Source of the DNA: an uncultured Chloroflexia bacterium
Lineage (GTDB): Bacteria; Chloroflexota; Limnocylindria; Limnocylindrales; CSP1-4
Direction of reading: 5' to 3'
Assembly (NCBI GenBank): GCA_963813335.1
Contig: CAWEYL010000004.1
Span: 64,001 to 128,000 of the forward strand
DNA: 64,000 nucleotides
Shown here: piece by piece, positions 39,113 to 50,223 of the stretch
Layout: every line of letters begins with the position of its first letter
Numbering within the stretch: position 1 is the stretch's first letter
Program-made: the position numbers and the translations under genes
The notes under the pieces: generated by a model
Database searches by the model: none
What the model was told of the DNA's origin: nothing
Seen by the model: only the letters and a program-made list of their open reading frames with translations

Positions 39113-40670
39113 CCGGCGACACCATCGTCGCCATCGATGTCGGGACGCAGAGCGTGCGGGCGATCGCCTTCGACCCCGACGGGCGTGGTCCTCGCCGGCG
39201 CGAAGGTCCCGATCGAGCCGTACGTCTCGCCGCGGCCGGGCTGCGCGGAGCAGGACCCCGAGCTCTACTGGCGCTCGATCGGCGAGGCCACCCGGCGGCT
39301 GCTCGCCGACCCCGCGGTGCGCCGTGACGCGATCGCCGGGGTGACGCTGACCACGCAGCGCGGGACGATCGTGGTGACCGACGAGGCCGGCGAGCCGATC
39401 CGCCCCGCCATCGTCTGGCTCGACCAGTGCCGCGCCGCCGATCCGCCGCGTGTCGGCGGCGCGATGGGCGCCGTGTTCCGGGTCACGGGCCTGACCGACA
39501 CGGTCGCCGGCTTCGCCGCCGACTGCGAGGCGAACTGGCTGCGCGAGGCCGAGCCCGAGGCCTGGGCGCGCGTCCGCCACTACGTCGGGTTGTCCGGCTA
39601 CCTGACGCACCGGCTGACCGGCCGCTGGGTCGACGCCACCGCGGCGCAGGTCGGCTACCTGCCGTTCGACTACAAGCGCCTCCGCTGGGCCGCGCCGGGC
39701 GACTGGAAGTGGACCGTCGCCCCGCTCGACCCGGGCTGGCTCCCGGAGCTGGTGGCGCCGGCCGGGCGGCTCGGCGAGCTCAGCGCGGCCGCCGCCGAGG
39801 CCACGGGCCTGCCGGCCGGCCTGCCGCGTGGTCGCCGCGGCCGCCGACAAGGCCTGCGAGGTGCTCGGCTCGGGTGCGACCGGCCCGGACACCGTCGGGA
39901 TCTCGTACGGCACGGCGGCGACCGCCAACGTCACGAGCCTGCGCTACGTCGAGCCCATCCCGCTGATCCCGCCGTTCCCGGCCGCCATCCCCGGCGCCTG
40001 GACGCTGGAGACCCAGGTCTACCGCGGCTACTGGATGGTGGAGTGGTTCAAGCGCGAATTCGGCGACCGCGAGGTGGCCGAGGCGGCCGAGCGCGGGATC
40101 GCCCCGGAGGTGCTGTTCGACGAGCTCGCCCGCACGGTCCCGGCCGGTTCGGACGGCCTGATGCTCCAGCCGTACTGGTCGCCGGGCGTGCGCATCCCGG
40201 GTCCCGAGGCGCGCGGTGCGATCATCGGCTTCCAGGCGGGCCACAGCCGCGCCCACCTCTACCGGGCGATCCTCGAGGGCCTTGCCTACGCGCTCCGCGA
40301 GGGCGCCGAGCGCACCGCCGCCCGCACGCACGTGCCGATCACCTCGGCCCGCATCGCCGGCGGCGGTGCCCAGAGCCCGGCCGCGGTCCAGCTGACCGCG
40401 GACGTGTTCGGGCTGCCCGTAGGCCGCGCCCACACGCACGAGACCTCGGCCCTGGGCGCGGCGATCGATGCCGCCGTGGGCCTCGGCTTCCACCCGGACG
40501 TCGCGAGCGCGGCCGCGGCGATGATCCGGGTCGCCGAGGTCCGCGATCCCGAGCCAGTCGCGCGCGACCGCTACGACGAGCTGTACCGCTCGGTCTACCG
40601 CCCGATGTACGGGCGGCTGCGACCCCTCTACCGGGCTCTGCGCCGCATCACGGCCGAGCGCGGGACCTGA
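39109..40670 (+). CDS. FGGY carbohydrate kinase; frameshifts near 39180 and 39827
   Basis: [45 protein letters not shown] and ETSALGAA spread over three frames. Confidence 0.85.
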
Positions 40671-40695
40671 CGTCGCCGCGCGGCGGGCCTCGTCC

Positions 40696-41325
40696 TCAGG
40701 CGGCGCGCGCCGACTTGACCACCATCGAGTTCACGAAGACGTCGTGCCAGCCCTGCTTGGTCGGGCTGTCCGCGGTGGTCTTCAGCAGGAAGATGTACCA
40801 GGCCAGCGTGGCGATCGCGATGACGAACCCGAGGGTCCAGCCGAGCGAGATCTGCGCCGCCTGGGAGAGGACCTGCGGACCAGCAAGGACAAGCCAGCGA
40901 CGGACCGCCTGGTCCTGCTTGAGGGTCACCCCGTCGCCGGCGTTGCCGATCTGCATGCCGAGCGCCTTCATCCCGACCGTGCCGCGCATGGCCGTCCAGG
41001 TGTAGGTGTAGTACCCAGCGCTGATGGCCAGGCCGACGACGGAGCTGGCGAGGAAGCTCAGGATCCCGAAGCCGAGGATCCCGTAGAGGATACCGAAGAC
41101 GATCACGTTGATGACCCCGAGGACGATCGCGTCGATGATCAGCGCGATGATCCGGTTCGGGACGTCGGCGTAGACGAAACCAGGGGCGCCGACGACCGGC
41201 GCGGCGGCCGGCGCTGGTGGCGTCTGCCAGCCGCTCGTCGGCGGCGGGGCGGCTGCCGCGGGCGGCGGCGTGCCAGCCGCGGGCGGCGGGGTGCCTGGGT
41301 CGCTGGGGGTGCCGCTCTCGGTCAT
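40696..41325 (-). CDS. RDD family membrane protein
   Basis: Pro-rich N-terminus, [16 protein letters not shown] and KQGWHD motifs. Confidence 0.85.
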   Translation of the reverse strand: MTESGTPSDPGTPPPAAGTPPPAAAAPPPTSGWQTPPAPAAAPVVGAPGFVYADVPNRIIALIIDAIVLGVINVIVFGILYGILGFGILSFLASSVVGLAISAGYYTYTWTAMRGTVGMKALGMQIGNAGDGVTLKQDQAVRRWLVLAGPQVLSQAAQISLGWTLGFVIAIATLAWYIFLLKTTADSPTKQGWHDVFVNSMVVKSARAA

Positions 41326-41466
41326 CGGGTCCTCCCTGTATCCGGCCACGACGAGGCACGACGCTCGTCCTCGATGCGCAGGAGGATAGGCGCCCGCGAG
41401 GCGCTCGACTAGATGGCTTCGCAAAACGGGTCGAGGCGGCCGTCCGCCCGGAGCCCGCCGACCGCC

Positions 41467-42513
41467 CTAGGCGCGGACCTCCTGGCGCATGAACAGCGCG
41501 TACGCCGCCGCGAAGCAGACGACGGTCAGCGCGATGAGCACGACGACCTGCGGCCAGACCAGGAGCAGGCTCTGGTCCAGCGAGTTGATGCCCGGGATCT
41601 GCTGCTGCGACTGCTGGTACTGCCCGATGGTGGACGGGGTCGAGAGGTTCTTCAGGCCGAAGTCGGGGCGCAGCAGCACGTTCGAGATATCGGCGTAGAG
41701 CTGGCTCGGCAGCAGCCGCGAGATGAACTCGCGGACCTGGATGGCCCCGAGGACCTGGTCCGGCGTGGCGTTCCCGCCCGGCGTGACGAACCCCTGGACG
41801 AGGGTCACGATCAGCGGCCCGAAGATGGTGAAGACGAGCCAGATGCCGAATCCGACCAGCGCCGACGTCGCCGCGCGCCGGATCGCGACCGACAGCAGCA
41901 GGCCGAACGAGAGCCACAGGGCGACGTACAGGAACGTGGCCAGGACCCACGCCACGAGCCGGACGACCTCCTCGCCGTGGGGCACGATGCCGAGGCGGAG
42001 CATCCCGAACCCGGAGATCAGCAGCACCACGGACACGAGGACCAGGCCGATGATCGCGAGACCCGCGGCGAACTTGCCGTTGACGACGTCGTCGCGGTAG
42101 ATGGGCTGGGACAGCAGGCGCGGCAGCGTGCCCTCGGAGCGCTCGCCGTTGACCGCGTCGAACGAGAACGCCAGCCCGAGCAGCGGCGCGACGATCGCCA
42201 CGAACGTCGCCACGGTCAGGATCGAGATGTCCGGCGACCCGAACCAGAACAGCGCGAGGAAGACCGCGGCCGAGCCGCTGGCCTGCGGCGCGAGCTGTCG
42301 GATCTGGTCGGCCGCGAAGTAGAGCGGGATGGCGGTCGCCAGGCCGAGGACGACGAGCAGCACGAAGAACCGGATGCTCAGGATGTGGTCCGCGAACTCC
42401 TTGATGGCGACGATCCGCCAGCCGGCGGGCAGGCGCGGCAGGTCCTGCTCGACCTCGACCTCGACGGGCGCGGCGGGCCGGGCCTGCCGGGCGGGACGCG
42501 TGGTGGCGCTCAT
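41467..42513 (-). CDS. ABC-2 type transporter permease
   Basis: KEFADH and FDAVNGERSEGTLPRLLSQPIYR motifs; multiple TM helices. Confidence 0.88.
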   Translation of the reverse strand: MSATTRPARQARPAAPVEVEVEQDLPRLPAGWRIVAIKEFADHILSIRFFVLLVVLGLATAIPLYFAADQIRQLAPQASGSAAVFLALFWFGSPDISILTVATFVAIVAPLLGLAFSFDAVNGERSEGTLPRLLSQPIYRDDVVNGKFAAGLAIIGLVLVSVVLLISGFGMLRLGIVPHGEEVVRLVAWVLATFLYVALWLSFGLLLSVAIRRAATSALVGFGIWLVFTIFGPLIVTLVQGFVTPGGNATPDQVLGAIQVREFISRLLPSQLYADISNVLLRPDFGLKNLSTPSTIGQYQQSQQQIPGINSLDQSLLLVWPQVVVLIALTVVCFAAAYALFMRQEVRA

Positions 42514-43535
42514 GCGGCGGTCTTTCCACCCGCGATCGCGCGGTCCGCGAGGCCTCGGCGGTGGAGCGCCGTCCGGTAGATGTCGTCGAGCGACGGCACC
42601 AGCGGCCGGAGCGAGGTCAGGCGCAGGTCGTTGTTGACGGCCGCGCCGAGGATCGCCGTCCGGACGCTGGTCTCCTCGGCCGCAGGGCGCACCGAGATGT
42701 GCCAGGTCGTCGAGCGCCCGGTCGGGGCGATCACGTCGGTGACGTGGGGCAGGCCGCGGAGGATGGCCTCGGCGCGCTTGACCTCAGCGGCCTCCGTCCC
42801 CTCGAGGTCGACCTCGATGGCGGCCGAGCCGTCGCCGAACAGGCTGGCCAGGCGGGCCATGGTGCCCTCGCCGACCATGCGGCCGGCCGCGAAGATCCCG
42901 ATCCGGTCGCAGACCGACTGGACCTGGGTCAGCAGGTGGCTCGACAGCAGGATCGCCAGCCCCTGCTCGTGGACGAGCGTCCGCAGGAGATCGAGGATCT
43001 CGACCACGCCGAGCGGGTCGATCGAGGTCGTCGGCTCGTCGAGGATCAGGATGTCGGGGCTCTTCACCAGGGCGTCGGCGATGCCGAGACGCTGCTTCAT
43101 GCCGCGCGAATAGGTCTCGACGGCGTCGTCGGCCCGGTCGGTCAGCCCGACCTGGTCGAGGACGGACGACATCGCGCTCTCGGCCGCGGCGCCCTTGAGC
43201 CCGTTGAGCCGGGCGGTGTAGCGCAGGTTCTGGCGGCCGGTCAGGCCGCCGTAGAACCCGACGGCGTCGGGCAGATACCCGACCCGCCGCTTGACCTCGC
43301 GCGGGTGTCGCGTCGGGTCGAGACCGGCCACGAGCGCGTCGCCGCTCGACGGCTCGGTCAGCCCGAGCAGCATCAGGATCGTGGTGGTCTTGCCCGCGCC
43401 GTTCTGGCCGAGGAGCCCGAAGATCTCGCCCGGCCGCACCTCGAGGTCGAGGTGGTCGACCGCGGTGAGCGTGTCGTACCGCTTCGTCAGGCGGCGGGTC
43501 TTGATGAGGGGTTCGGCCCCCTCCGGTCGGCTCAT
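42510..43535 (-). CDS. ABC transporter ATP-binding protein
   Basis: GQNGAGKT, YSRGM, LDEPT and SSHLL motifs. Confidence 0.92.
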   Translation of the reverse strand: MSRPEGAEPLIKTRRLTKRYDTLTAVDHLDLEVRPGEIFGLLGQNGAGKTTTILMLLGLTEPSSGDALVAGLDPTRHPREVKRRVGYLPDAVGFYGGLTGRQNLRYTARLNGLKGAAAESAMSSVLDQVGLTDRADDAVETYSRGMKQRLGIADALVKSPDILILDEPTTSIDPLGVVEILDLLRTLVHEQGLAILLSSHLLTQVQSVCDRIGIFAAGRMVGEGTMARLASLFGDGSAAIEVDLEGTEAAEVKRAEAILRGLPHVTDVIAPTGRSTTWHISVRPAAEETSVRTAILGAAVNNDLRLTSLRPLVPSLDDIYRTALHRRGLADRAIAGGKTAA

Positions 43536-44689
43536 CGTCGGCCGAAGCGGCGGAAGGTCCACCACAGGCCGACGAGCACGACCGCGATCAGCGCGATCCC
43601 GACCGCGCCCCACAGGAGCGAGGTCTCCACGGTCACGCGGATGTCGGCGCTGGCCGACGCGAGATTGGACGGCGCGGTCGCCTTGAAGGTCGTCACGTAG
43701 TCGCCCGCGATGGCGTCGCCGGACGGGGTCAGGTGGGCCGTGACGTTGGCCGGGACGTCGGTGGTGACGTCGACGGTCGGCGGATCGAACGTCACCGTCC
43801 AGCCGCTCGGCGGCGTCGCCGACAGGGCGACGCCCTGGACGGGCGCCGTGCCGGTGTTCGTGACGACGAGCGTCAGGTCGGTGACCGCGCCGGCGGTCGC
43901 GTTCGCGTTGAGCCGCTGGTCCGACGTCGAGAGGGTCAGCGAGTAGCTCCCGGTGATCTCGACGCCGAGGTCCTGGTGAGCGGTGCGCGAGCCGCTGGTG
44001 ACGTCCACCGAGATCGGGTACTGGCCGGCGTCGATCGCGGCCGGCGCCTTGGCCGTGACGGTCACCGGCGTGGTCGCCCCGGCCTTCACGAGCGCGTTCG
44101 CGGCCTGGCTCTCGGAGCTCACCTGGGTCGTGATGGTCCAGCCGTCGGGACCCGTGGCGACGCCCGTGAAGGTGAGGTCCTCGGAGGTGTCGTTATGGAG
44201 CGTGAGATTGAACGAGAACGTCGTCGTGGACGGGCCCTTGAGCGAGGGGAAGTCCGTGGTCAGGCTGACGTCGCCGGCGGCGTTCGGGGTGACCCGGATG
44301 TCGAGCGGCAGCGTGTCCGTCGCGGTCCCGGTCCTGGCCACGACCGCGATCCGCTGGGTCGCGGCGGCCGCGGCGGCCGGCACGGTCACGTCGAGGCGCA
44401 CGGTCGCGGCGGTCGTCCCGCTGGTCTGGACGCCGTCGACGATGAACCCACCGCCGAACAGCGACGCGGTCCAGTCCGCCGGCACGTCCTTGAGCGAGAG
44501 GTCGACCCGGGCCGACGTGTCGGTCTTGACCGAGACATCGAAGCTGACCTTCGTGCCGGGGGCGACGGCGACGCCCGGGTACGGGGTCGACAGGCTCACG
44601 GTGTCAGCTGCGGCCGCGGTCGGCACGCCCACGAGGATCAGGAAGGCGATCAGGCCGAGGGCGGCCATGCGACGTACGACGCGTCCCAT
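43532..44689 (-). CDS. NEW3/COG1470-type Ig-like repeat membrane-anchored protein
   Basis: Signal peptide, three beta-sandwich repeats (NTGTAP, PSGW, AIAGDY), and C-terminal TM ending FGRR. Confidence 0.8.
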   Translation of the reverse strand: MGRVVRRMAALGLIAFLILVGVPTAAAADTVSLSTPYPGVAVAPGTKVSFDVSVKTDTSARVDLSLKDVPADWTASLFGGGFIVDGVQTSGTTAATVRLDVTVPAAAAAATQRIAVVARTGTATDTLPLDIRVTPNAAGDVSLTTDFPSLKGPSTTTFSFNLTLHNDTSEDLTFTGVATGPDGWTITTQVSSESQAANALVKAGATTPVTVTAKAPAAIDAGQYPISVDVTSGSRTAHQDLGVEITGSYSLTLSTSDQRLNANATAGAVTDLTLVVTNTGTAPVQGVALSATPPSGWTVTFDPPTVDVTTDVPANVTAHLTPSGDAIAGDYVTTFKATAPSNLASASADIRVTVETSLLWGAVGIALIAVVLVGLWWTFRRFGRR

Positions 44690-45080
44690 ACTGGGTAGTA
44701 CCTCCTCCAAGGATGATGTCAGCAGCGGTCGCGCGGAATCTGCGACCCGCGGCATGTCGAATCAACCAAGCGATGATGAAGACTCGTGAATCATCGCTGT
44801 GAACGCCCCGCCGGTGTTTGACGCAGGCCGGGTGCAGGGCGTATGGTAGATGGGTTCCCGATCCGTCGCGATGATCGCGGTCGAGCGCCGACAAACCGGA
44901 CGCTCCCAGCGCCTCGCCGGATCCTCATCACCGCTCCGGGCCGGATATGGCCGTGGAGCGAACGCATACCGGTCGCGCAGCCGATGGCCCACACCGCCAT
45001 TCCCGGCGCGCCAGAAACGAGTACCCAGCACCATGTTGTCCCGTTCCACCACCTCGTCCCTTGCCGGACGACAGACGGCC

Positions 45081-45233
45081 ATGCGCCGCATGCGCCGCCG
45101 CAGCTCCGCGGCGGGCACCGGCGTCCGGCCGCCCTACTGCAGCACCAACGGCTGCACCAGCTTCCTCGACGTCGATCAGACGACGGGGACCGCGACCTGC
45201 CCGATCTGCGGCTACGTCCGCCGATCGCACTAG
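45081..45233 (+). CDS. Small basic zinc-ribbon protein (50 aa)
   Basis: MRRMRRRSS..CSTNGC..CPICGY; directly upstream of the nuclease-helicase. Confidence 0.55.
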   Translation: MRRMRRRSSAAGTGVRPPYCSTNGCTSFLDVDQTTGTATCPICGYVRRSH

Positions 45234-45334
45234 GGTCGCCCCGGCACCGCCGTCCGCGTCTCGCGCGCGGCCGTGCCGCACAACCTGACACGTCCAGCGG
45301 CTACGGTTGCCGCGTGCAACCGGAACGCGACTAG

Positions 45335-48300
45335 GTGGACCGCATCGACGGCCGCCCGGTCTATGCCGCCACGGACCTCGTCGCCTACCTCGCCTGCGAG
45401 CACCTGACCGCGCTCGAGCGCGCCGCCCAGGCCGGGCTCGTCCAGCGGCCCATGCGCGATGACCCGGAGCTCGACATCATCCGCAAGCGCGGGTTCGAGC
45501 ACGAGAAGCGCTATCTCGCCGACCTCGCGGCGGCGGGTCGCACGGCGGTCGAGATCACGCCGGACGGCTCCATCGAGGACCGCGGCGAGCAGCTCCGCGC
45601 CGCGGCCACGGCCACGATCAAGGCCATGGCGGCCGGGGCTGACGTCATCTACCAGGCCACCTTCTTCGATGGGACCTGGCGCGGCCACGCCGACTTCCTC
45701 CAGCGGGTCGACGACCCCGCCCGGCCATCGACCTGGGGTCCATGGCACTACGAGGTCGCCGACACCAAGCTCGCCCGCCACGTCAAGGCCAGCGCCGTCC
45801 TCCAGATCTGCTCGTACGTCGACCAGCTGGAACGCCTCCAGGGGGTCCGGCCGGAATGGATGTACGTCGCCCTCGGCGGGAGCGCCCGGGCCGTCGAGCG
45901 CCTGCGGGTGGACGACTTCATGGCCTACTACCGCGGGGCCAGGGATCGCTTCCTCGCGACGGTGGCCGACCCGGCCACGGTCGCGTTCCCGCCCGTCGGA
46001 AGCTACCCGGAGCCGGTCGACCATTGCGCGGTCTGCCGCTGGGCTCCCGAATGCGCCGCCCGCCGGCGGGCCGACGACCACCTGAGCCTCGTGGCGGGCA
46101 TCAGCGGCCGCCAGCGCCGTGCCCTGGAGGAACGCGGGATCACGACCCTCGAGGGCCTCGGCGACGCACCGCTGCCGTTCGTCCCGCGGATCGAGGGCAC
46201 CGGCGAGGCCGCGATGGAGCGCGTCCACGAGCAGGCCCGCATCCAGCTGGAGGGCCGGCGGGCCGGCGGTCGGCCGCGCTACGAGCTGCTCCTGCCGGAG
46301 CCCGGGCTGCCGATCGACCCCGAACGCGGCCTGGCGACGCTGCCGCCGCCCTCCCGCGGCGACCTCTTCTTCGACATCGAAGGCGACCCGTTCGCGCTCG
46401 ACGACGGGCTGGACTATCTCTTCGGCGTGCTCGACATGGACGGGGTGTTCCACCCGATCTGGTCGCGCGACGAGGCGGGCGAGTTCACCCTGGCCGGTGA
46501 GCAGGCCGCCTTCGAGCGGCTCATGGACTTCATCGCCGATCGCCTGCGCGAGCACCCGGACCTGCACATCTACCACTACGCCCCGTACGAGCCCACCGCG
46601 CTCAAGCGCCTGATGGGCCGCTACGGGACCCGCGAGGACGAGGTGGACGCCCTGCTCCGCGGCGGTGTCCTCGTCGACCTGCTGCGCGCCGTCCGCCAGT
46701 CGCTGCGCGCCTCGGTCGAGAGCTACTCGATCAAGAAGATGGAGGCGTTCTACGGGTTCACCCGGGAGGTCGACCTGCGCGACGCCGGATCGAGCATCGT
46801 CGCGTTCGAGCAGTGGCTCCAGCTCGGCGAGGGCGAGCGACCCGCGGCCGATCAGCTCGACCGCATCGAGCGCTACAACCGCGACGACGTCGTCAGCAAC
46901 CGGGAGCTCCGCGACTGGCTGGAGGGGCTGCGCACCGAGCTCGCGACGCTGACCAGGCAAGACGTCCCCCGGCCCGGCCCGCGCGCCGAGCTGCCGGAGA
47001 ACGTCTCCGAGGAGTTCGCCGCGACGCAGGCGCTCGTCGACCGCCTGGCGGATCCGGCGATCGTGCCGATCGAGCCCGGCGAGCGCACGCCCGAGCAGCA
47101 GGGCCGCTGGCTCCTCGCCCAGCTCCTCGGCTGGCACCGCCGCGAGGACAAAGCCACGTGGTGGGAGTTCCACCGCCTGATGGACCTCGACCCGAGCCAG
47201 CTCATCGACGAAACGGCGCCGATCGGCGGCCTGGTCCCGGTCGGACCGGTCGCCGAGCCGGCGAAGGGCAAGCAGGTCTGGCGCTACGCCTTCCCGGACC
47301 AGGAGTACGACCTCGGCCGTCCCGGGACGCTGTACGACCCGCGCCGGAAGGCCGCGGCACCCGACGAGAAGTACTCCACGTGGGCCTGTGGCGAGCTCGT
47401 CGCCATCGACGTGGCCGCCCTCACCCTGGATATCAGGCGCGACCCGGACGGGCCGCATCCCGAGGGCGTCGTCCCGCTCGGCATCATCGGCACGCCGCAG
47501 CACCGCGAGCGCCTGCGCGAGCTCGGCACGTGGGTCGCCGACCACGGCATCGATGCCGACGGACCGGACCGGGCCGCGCGCGACCTCCTGATGGGGCGAC
47601 CGCCCCGCGCAGGCCAGCCCATGGCCGAGACGCTGCGCACGCCCGGCGAGACGGACCTCGAGGCCGCGCGCCGGCTGGCCCTCTCGCTCGACCGGACGGT
47701 CCTGCCGATCCAGGGCCCGCCGGGAGCCGGCAAGACGTACAGCGGCGCCCGGATGATCGTGACCCTGCTGGCGGCGGGCAAGCGGGTCGGCATCACCGGG
47801 ACCAGCCACAAGGTCATCGGCAACCTCATCACCGCGGTCCTCACTGCAGCGGACGAGGAGGGCATCATCGTCCGGCCGATCCAGCACGGCCCGCCCGACC
47901 AGGTCCACGCGGACGAGCGCGTCATCAAGTCGAAGAACGGTGCGGCCGATGTCGCCGACCAGCTGTCGGATGGACGGGCGAACTTCGCCGCCGGCACGAG
48001 CTGGCTGTGGGTCTCGCCACGTCTCGTCGGGGCGATCGACGTGCTGTTCGTCGACGAGGCCGGCCAGATCTCGCTGGCCAATGTCGTGGCCGTCGCGCGC
48101 TCCGCCGAGAGCCTCGTGCTGCTCGGCGACCCGCAGCAGCTCGATCAGCCGACCCAGGGCTCGCACCCGCCCGGCGCCGACGGCTCGGCGCTCGCCCACG
48201 TCCTCGGCGGCCACGCCACCATCCCGCCGGACCGCGGCCTGTTCCTCGAGACCACCTGGCGGCTGCATCCGGCCCTTGCCAGGTTCACGTCCGAGGTCTT

Positions 48301-48931
48301 CTACGACGACCGGCTCGAGTCCGAGCGCAACCTCGGGGTCCAGCGCCTCGAGGCCGGCGGCTGGGACCTCGACGGCGTCGGGCCACGCATCGTCGAGGTC
48401 CCTACCGCGGGTGCCGACAACGAGTCACCCGACGAGGCCGCCGCGGTCGCATCGATGGCGCACGCCCTGGTCGAGGGCGGGGCGTCGTGGATCGATGCGA
48501 AGGGGGTCCGGCGTCGGCTCACGTGGGAAGACGTCCTGATCGTCGCGCCCTACAACGCCCAGGTCGGGACGATCGCGCGGCTGCTCCCCACGCGCGCACG
48601 CGTCGGCACGGTCGACAAGTTCCAGGGCCAGGAGGCGCCGGTCAGCATCTACTCGCTGACGACGTCGAACCCGGAGCTCGCGCCGCGCGGGATGGACTTC
48701 CTGTACAGCGGCCACCGCCTCAATGTCGCGACGTCGCGAGCCCGCTGCGTCGCGGTGGTCATCGGGTCGCCGGACCTGTGGCGCGTCCGCGCGCGCACGC
48801 CGGCCCAGATGCGGCTGGCGAATGCGTTCTGCCGCTTCGTCGAGATGGCCCAGGCGCCCCCCGACGATCCCGCGAGCGGTGCCCCGGACCACGGCGCCAC
48901 CCTTGAGGTCCTGACGCTCGGCCTCGACTGA
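45335..48931 (+). CDS. TM0106 family RecB-like nuclease / RNase H-like / SF1 helicase fusion
   Basis: ADFL..EVADTK nuclease motif, C..CxxC..C cluster, FFDIEG..YNRDD, QGPPGAGKT, DEAGQ, GDPQQL, TVDKFQGQE and RLNVATSRA. Confidence 0.92.
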   Translation: MDRIDGRPVYAATDLVAYLACEHLTALERAAQAGLVQRPMRDDPELDIIRKRGFEHEKRYLADLAAAGRTAVEITPDGSIEDRGEQLRAAATATIKAMAAGADVIYQATFFDGTWRGHADFLQRVDDPARPSTWGPWHYEVADTKLARHVKASAVLQICSYVDQLERLQGVRPEWMYVALGGSARAVERLRVDDFMAYYRGARDRFLATVADPATVAFPPVGSYPEPVDHCAVCRWAPECAARRRADDHLSLVAGISGRQRRALEERGITTLEGLGDAPLPFVPRIEGTGEAAMERVHEQARIQLEGRRAGGRPRYELLLPEPGLPIDPERGLATLPPPSRGDLFFDIEGDPFALDDGLDYLFGVLDMDGVFHPIWSRDEAGEFTLAGEQAAFERLMDFIADRLREHPDLHIYHYAPYEPTALKRLMGRYGTREDEVDALLRGGVLVDLLRAVRQSLRASVESYSIKKMEAFYGFTREVDLRDAGSSIVAFEQWLQLGEGERPAADQLDRIERYNRDDVVSNRELRDWLEGLRTELATLTRQDVPRPGPRAELPENVSEEFAATQALVDRLADPAIVPIEPGERTPEQQGRWLLAQLLGWHRREDKATWWEFHRLMDLDPSQLIDETAPIGGLVPVGPVAEPAKGKQVWRYAFPDQEYDLGRPGTLYDPRRKAAAPDEKYSTWACGELVAIDVAALTLDIRRDPDGPHPEGVVPLGIIGTPQHRERLRELGTWVADHGIDADGPDRAARDLLMGRPPRAGQPMAETLRTPGETDLEAARRLALSLDRTVLPIQGPPGAGKTYSGARMIVTLLAAGKRVGITGTSHKVIGNLITAVLTAADEEGIIVRPIQHGPPDQVHADERVIKSKNGAADVADQLSDGRANFAAGTSWLWVSPRLVGAIDVLFVDEAGQISLANVVAVARSAESLVLLGDPQQLDQPTQGSHPPGADGSALAHVLGGHATIPPDRGLFLETTWRLHPALARFTSEVFYDDRLESERNLGVQRLEAGGWDLDGVGPRIVEVPTAGADNESPDEAAAVASMAHALVEGGASWIDAKGVRRRLTWEDVLIVAPYNAQVGTIARLLPTRARVGTVDKFQGQEAPVSIYSLTTSNPELAPRGMDFLYSGHRLNVATSRARCVAVVIGSPDLWRVRARTPAQMRLANAFCRFVEMAQAPPDDPASGAPDHGATLEVLTLGLD

Positions 48932-48956
48932 GCCGCGACCCTATCATCGGGCGAAC

Positions 48957-50223
48957 ATGCGCCTTGCCGCCGCGATCCCGGCCGCGCGTCTCGATGAGCT
49001 CCGCCGACGGAGCACGTGGTCGCTGGTCGCCGGCGTCGCGTTCGGCAGCACCGGCCATATCGCCGCGGTCACGGTCGCTGCGATCGTCGCCCAGCACCTG
49101 GGCGGGAGTGCGCTGTGGAGCGGCGTCGCCGGGGCGACGGTGGTCCTTGGGGCCGCTGCTGGCGCGGTCTCGCTGTCCGCGATCATGACCCGGCGCGGAC
49201 GACGGATCGGCCTCGCCACGGGCTATGTCGTCGGGGTGGGCGGCGCGGTCGTCGCCACGGTCGCCGTCATCGGCGTGTCGCTGCCCCTGCTCCTGCTCGG
49301 CACCTTCTTCATCGGGTTCGGCAACGCCTCGAACCAGCTGTCGCGCTACGCCGCCGCGGACATGTACCCGGACAGCCGGCGAGCGTCGGCCATCGGCCTT
49401 GTCGTCTGGGGCGCGACGGCCGGGGCGATCATCGGGCCGAACCTCGTGGCGCCCGCCGGCGCCTTCGCGGTCCAGATGGGCCTACCGGAGCTGGCCGGCC
49501 CGTACTTCGTCCCGATGATCTTCGTCGGCGCCGCCGCGATCCTATCGTGGACGCTGCTCCGCCCGGATCCCTACGACCTCGCGGTCGGGACTGCCCGGCC
49601 GCATCCGGACGCCCCGGATGCCTCGATCGCGGTCTCGCTCCGCTCCGTGCTGGCCCGCCCGCACGTGCCGGTCGCCATCGTCGCGCTGGTCACGGGGCAG
49701 GTCGTGATGGTGCTGATCATGACGATGACCCCACTGCACATGACCGAGCACGGCCACACGCTCGGCGCGGTCGGGCTGGTGATCAGCGGGCACACGTTCG
49801 GGATGTTCGGGCTCTCCCCGTTGTCGGGCCGCATGACGGACCGCTTCGGGAGCGTGCCGGTCGATCCTGGCCGGCCTCGCCACGCTGGCGGTCTCGGCGG
49901 TCATGGCCGCGACCGCCCCGCCCGAGGGCGGCGCCTGGCTGTTCCTCGCGCTGTTCCTGCTCGGCTACGGCTGGAACCTCGGCTACGTCGCGGGATCGGC
50001 GCTGCTGACCACGGGCCTCTCGATCGTCGAGCGGACCCGGCTCCAGGGCGTCACCGACGCGCTGATCTGGAGCTCCGCGGCCGCGGCCAGCCTGACCTCC
50101 GGCGTGATCATGGCCGCGGCCGGGTTCGCGGTCCTGGGCCTGATCGGCGCGGCGATGATCGCGGTCCCGGTCACGCTGATGCTGGCGCGCCGGTCGGTGG
50201 TGGTCGCGTCCTCGGCCAGTTAG
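48957..50223 (+). CDS. MFS transporter; frameshift near 49862
   Basis: GRRIGL, RYAAAD, MTMTPLHM, GRMTDRFG, then LGYGWNLGYVAGS in the next frame. Confidence 0.85.
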
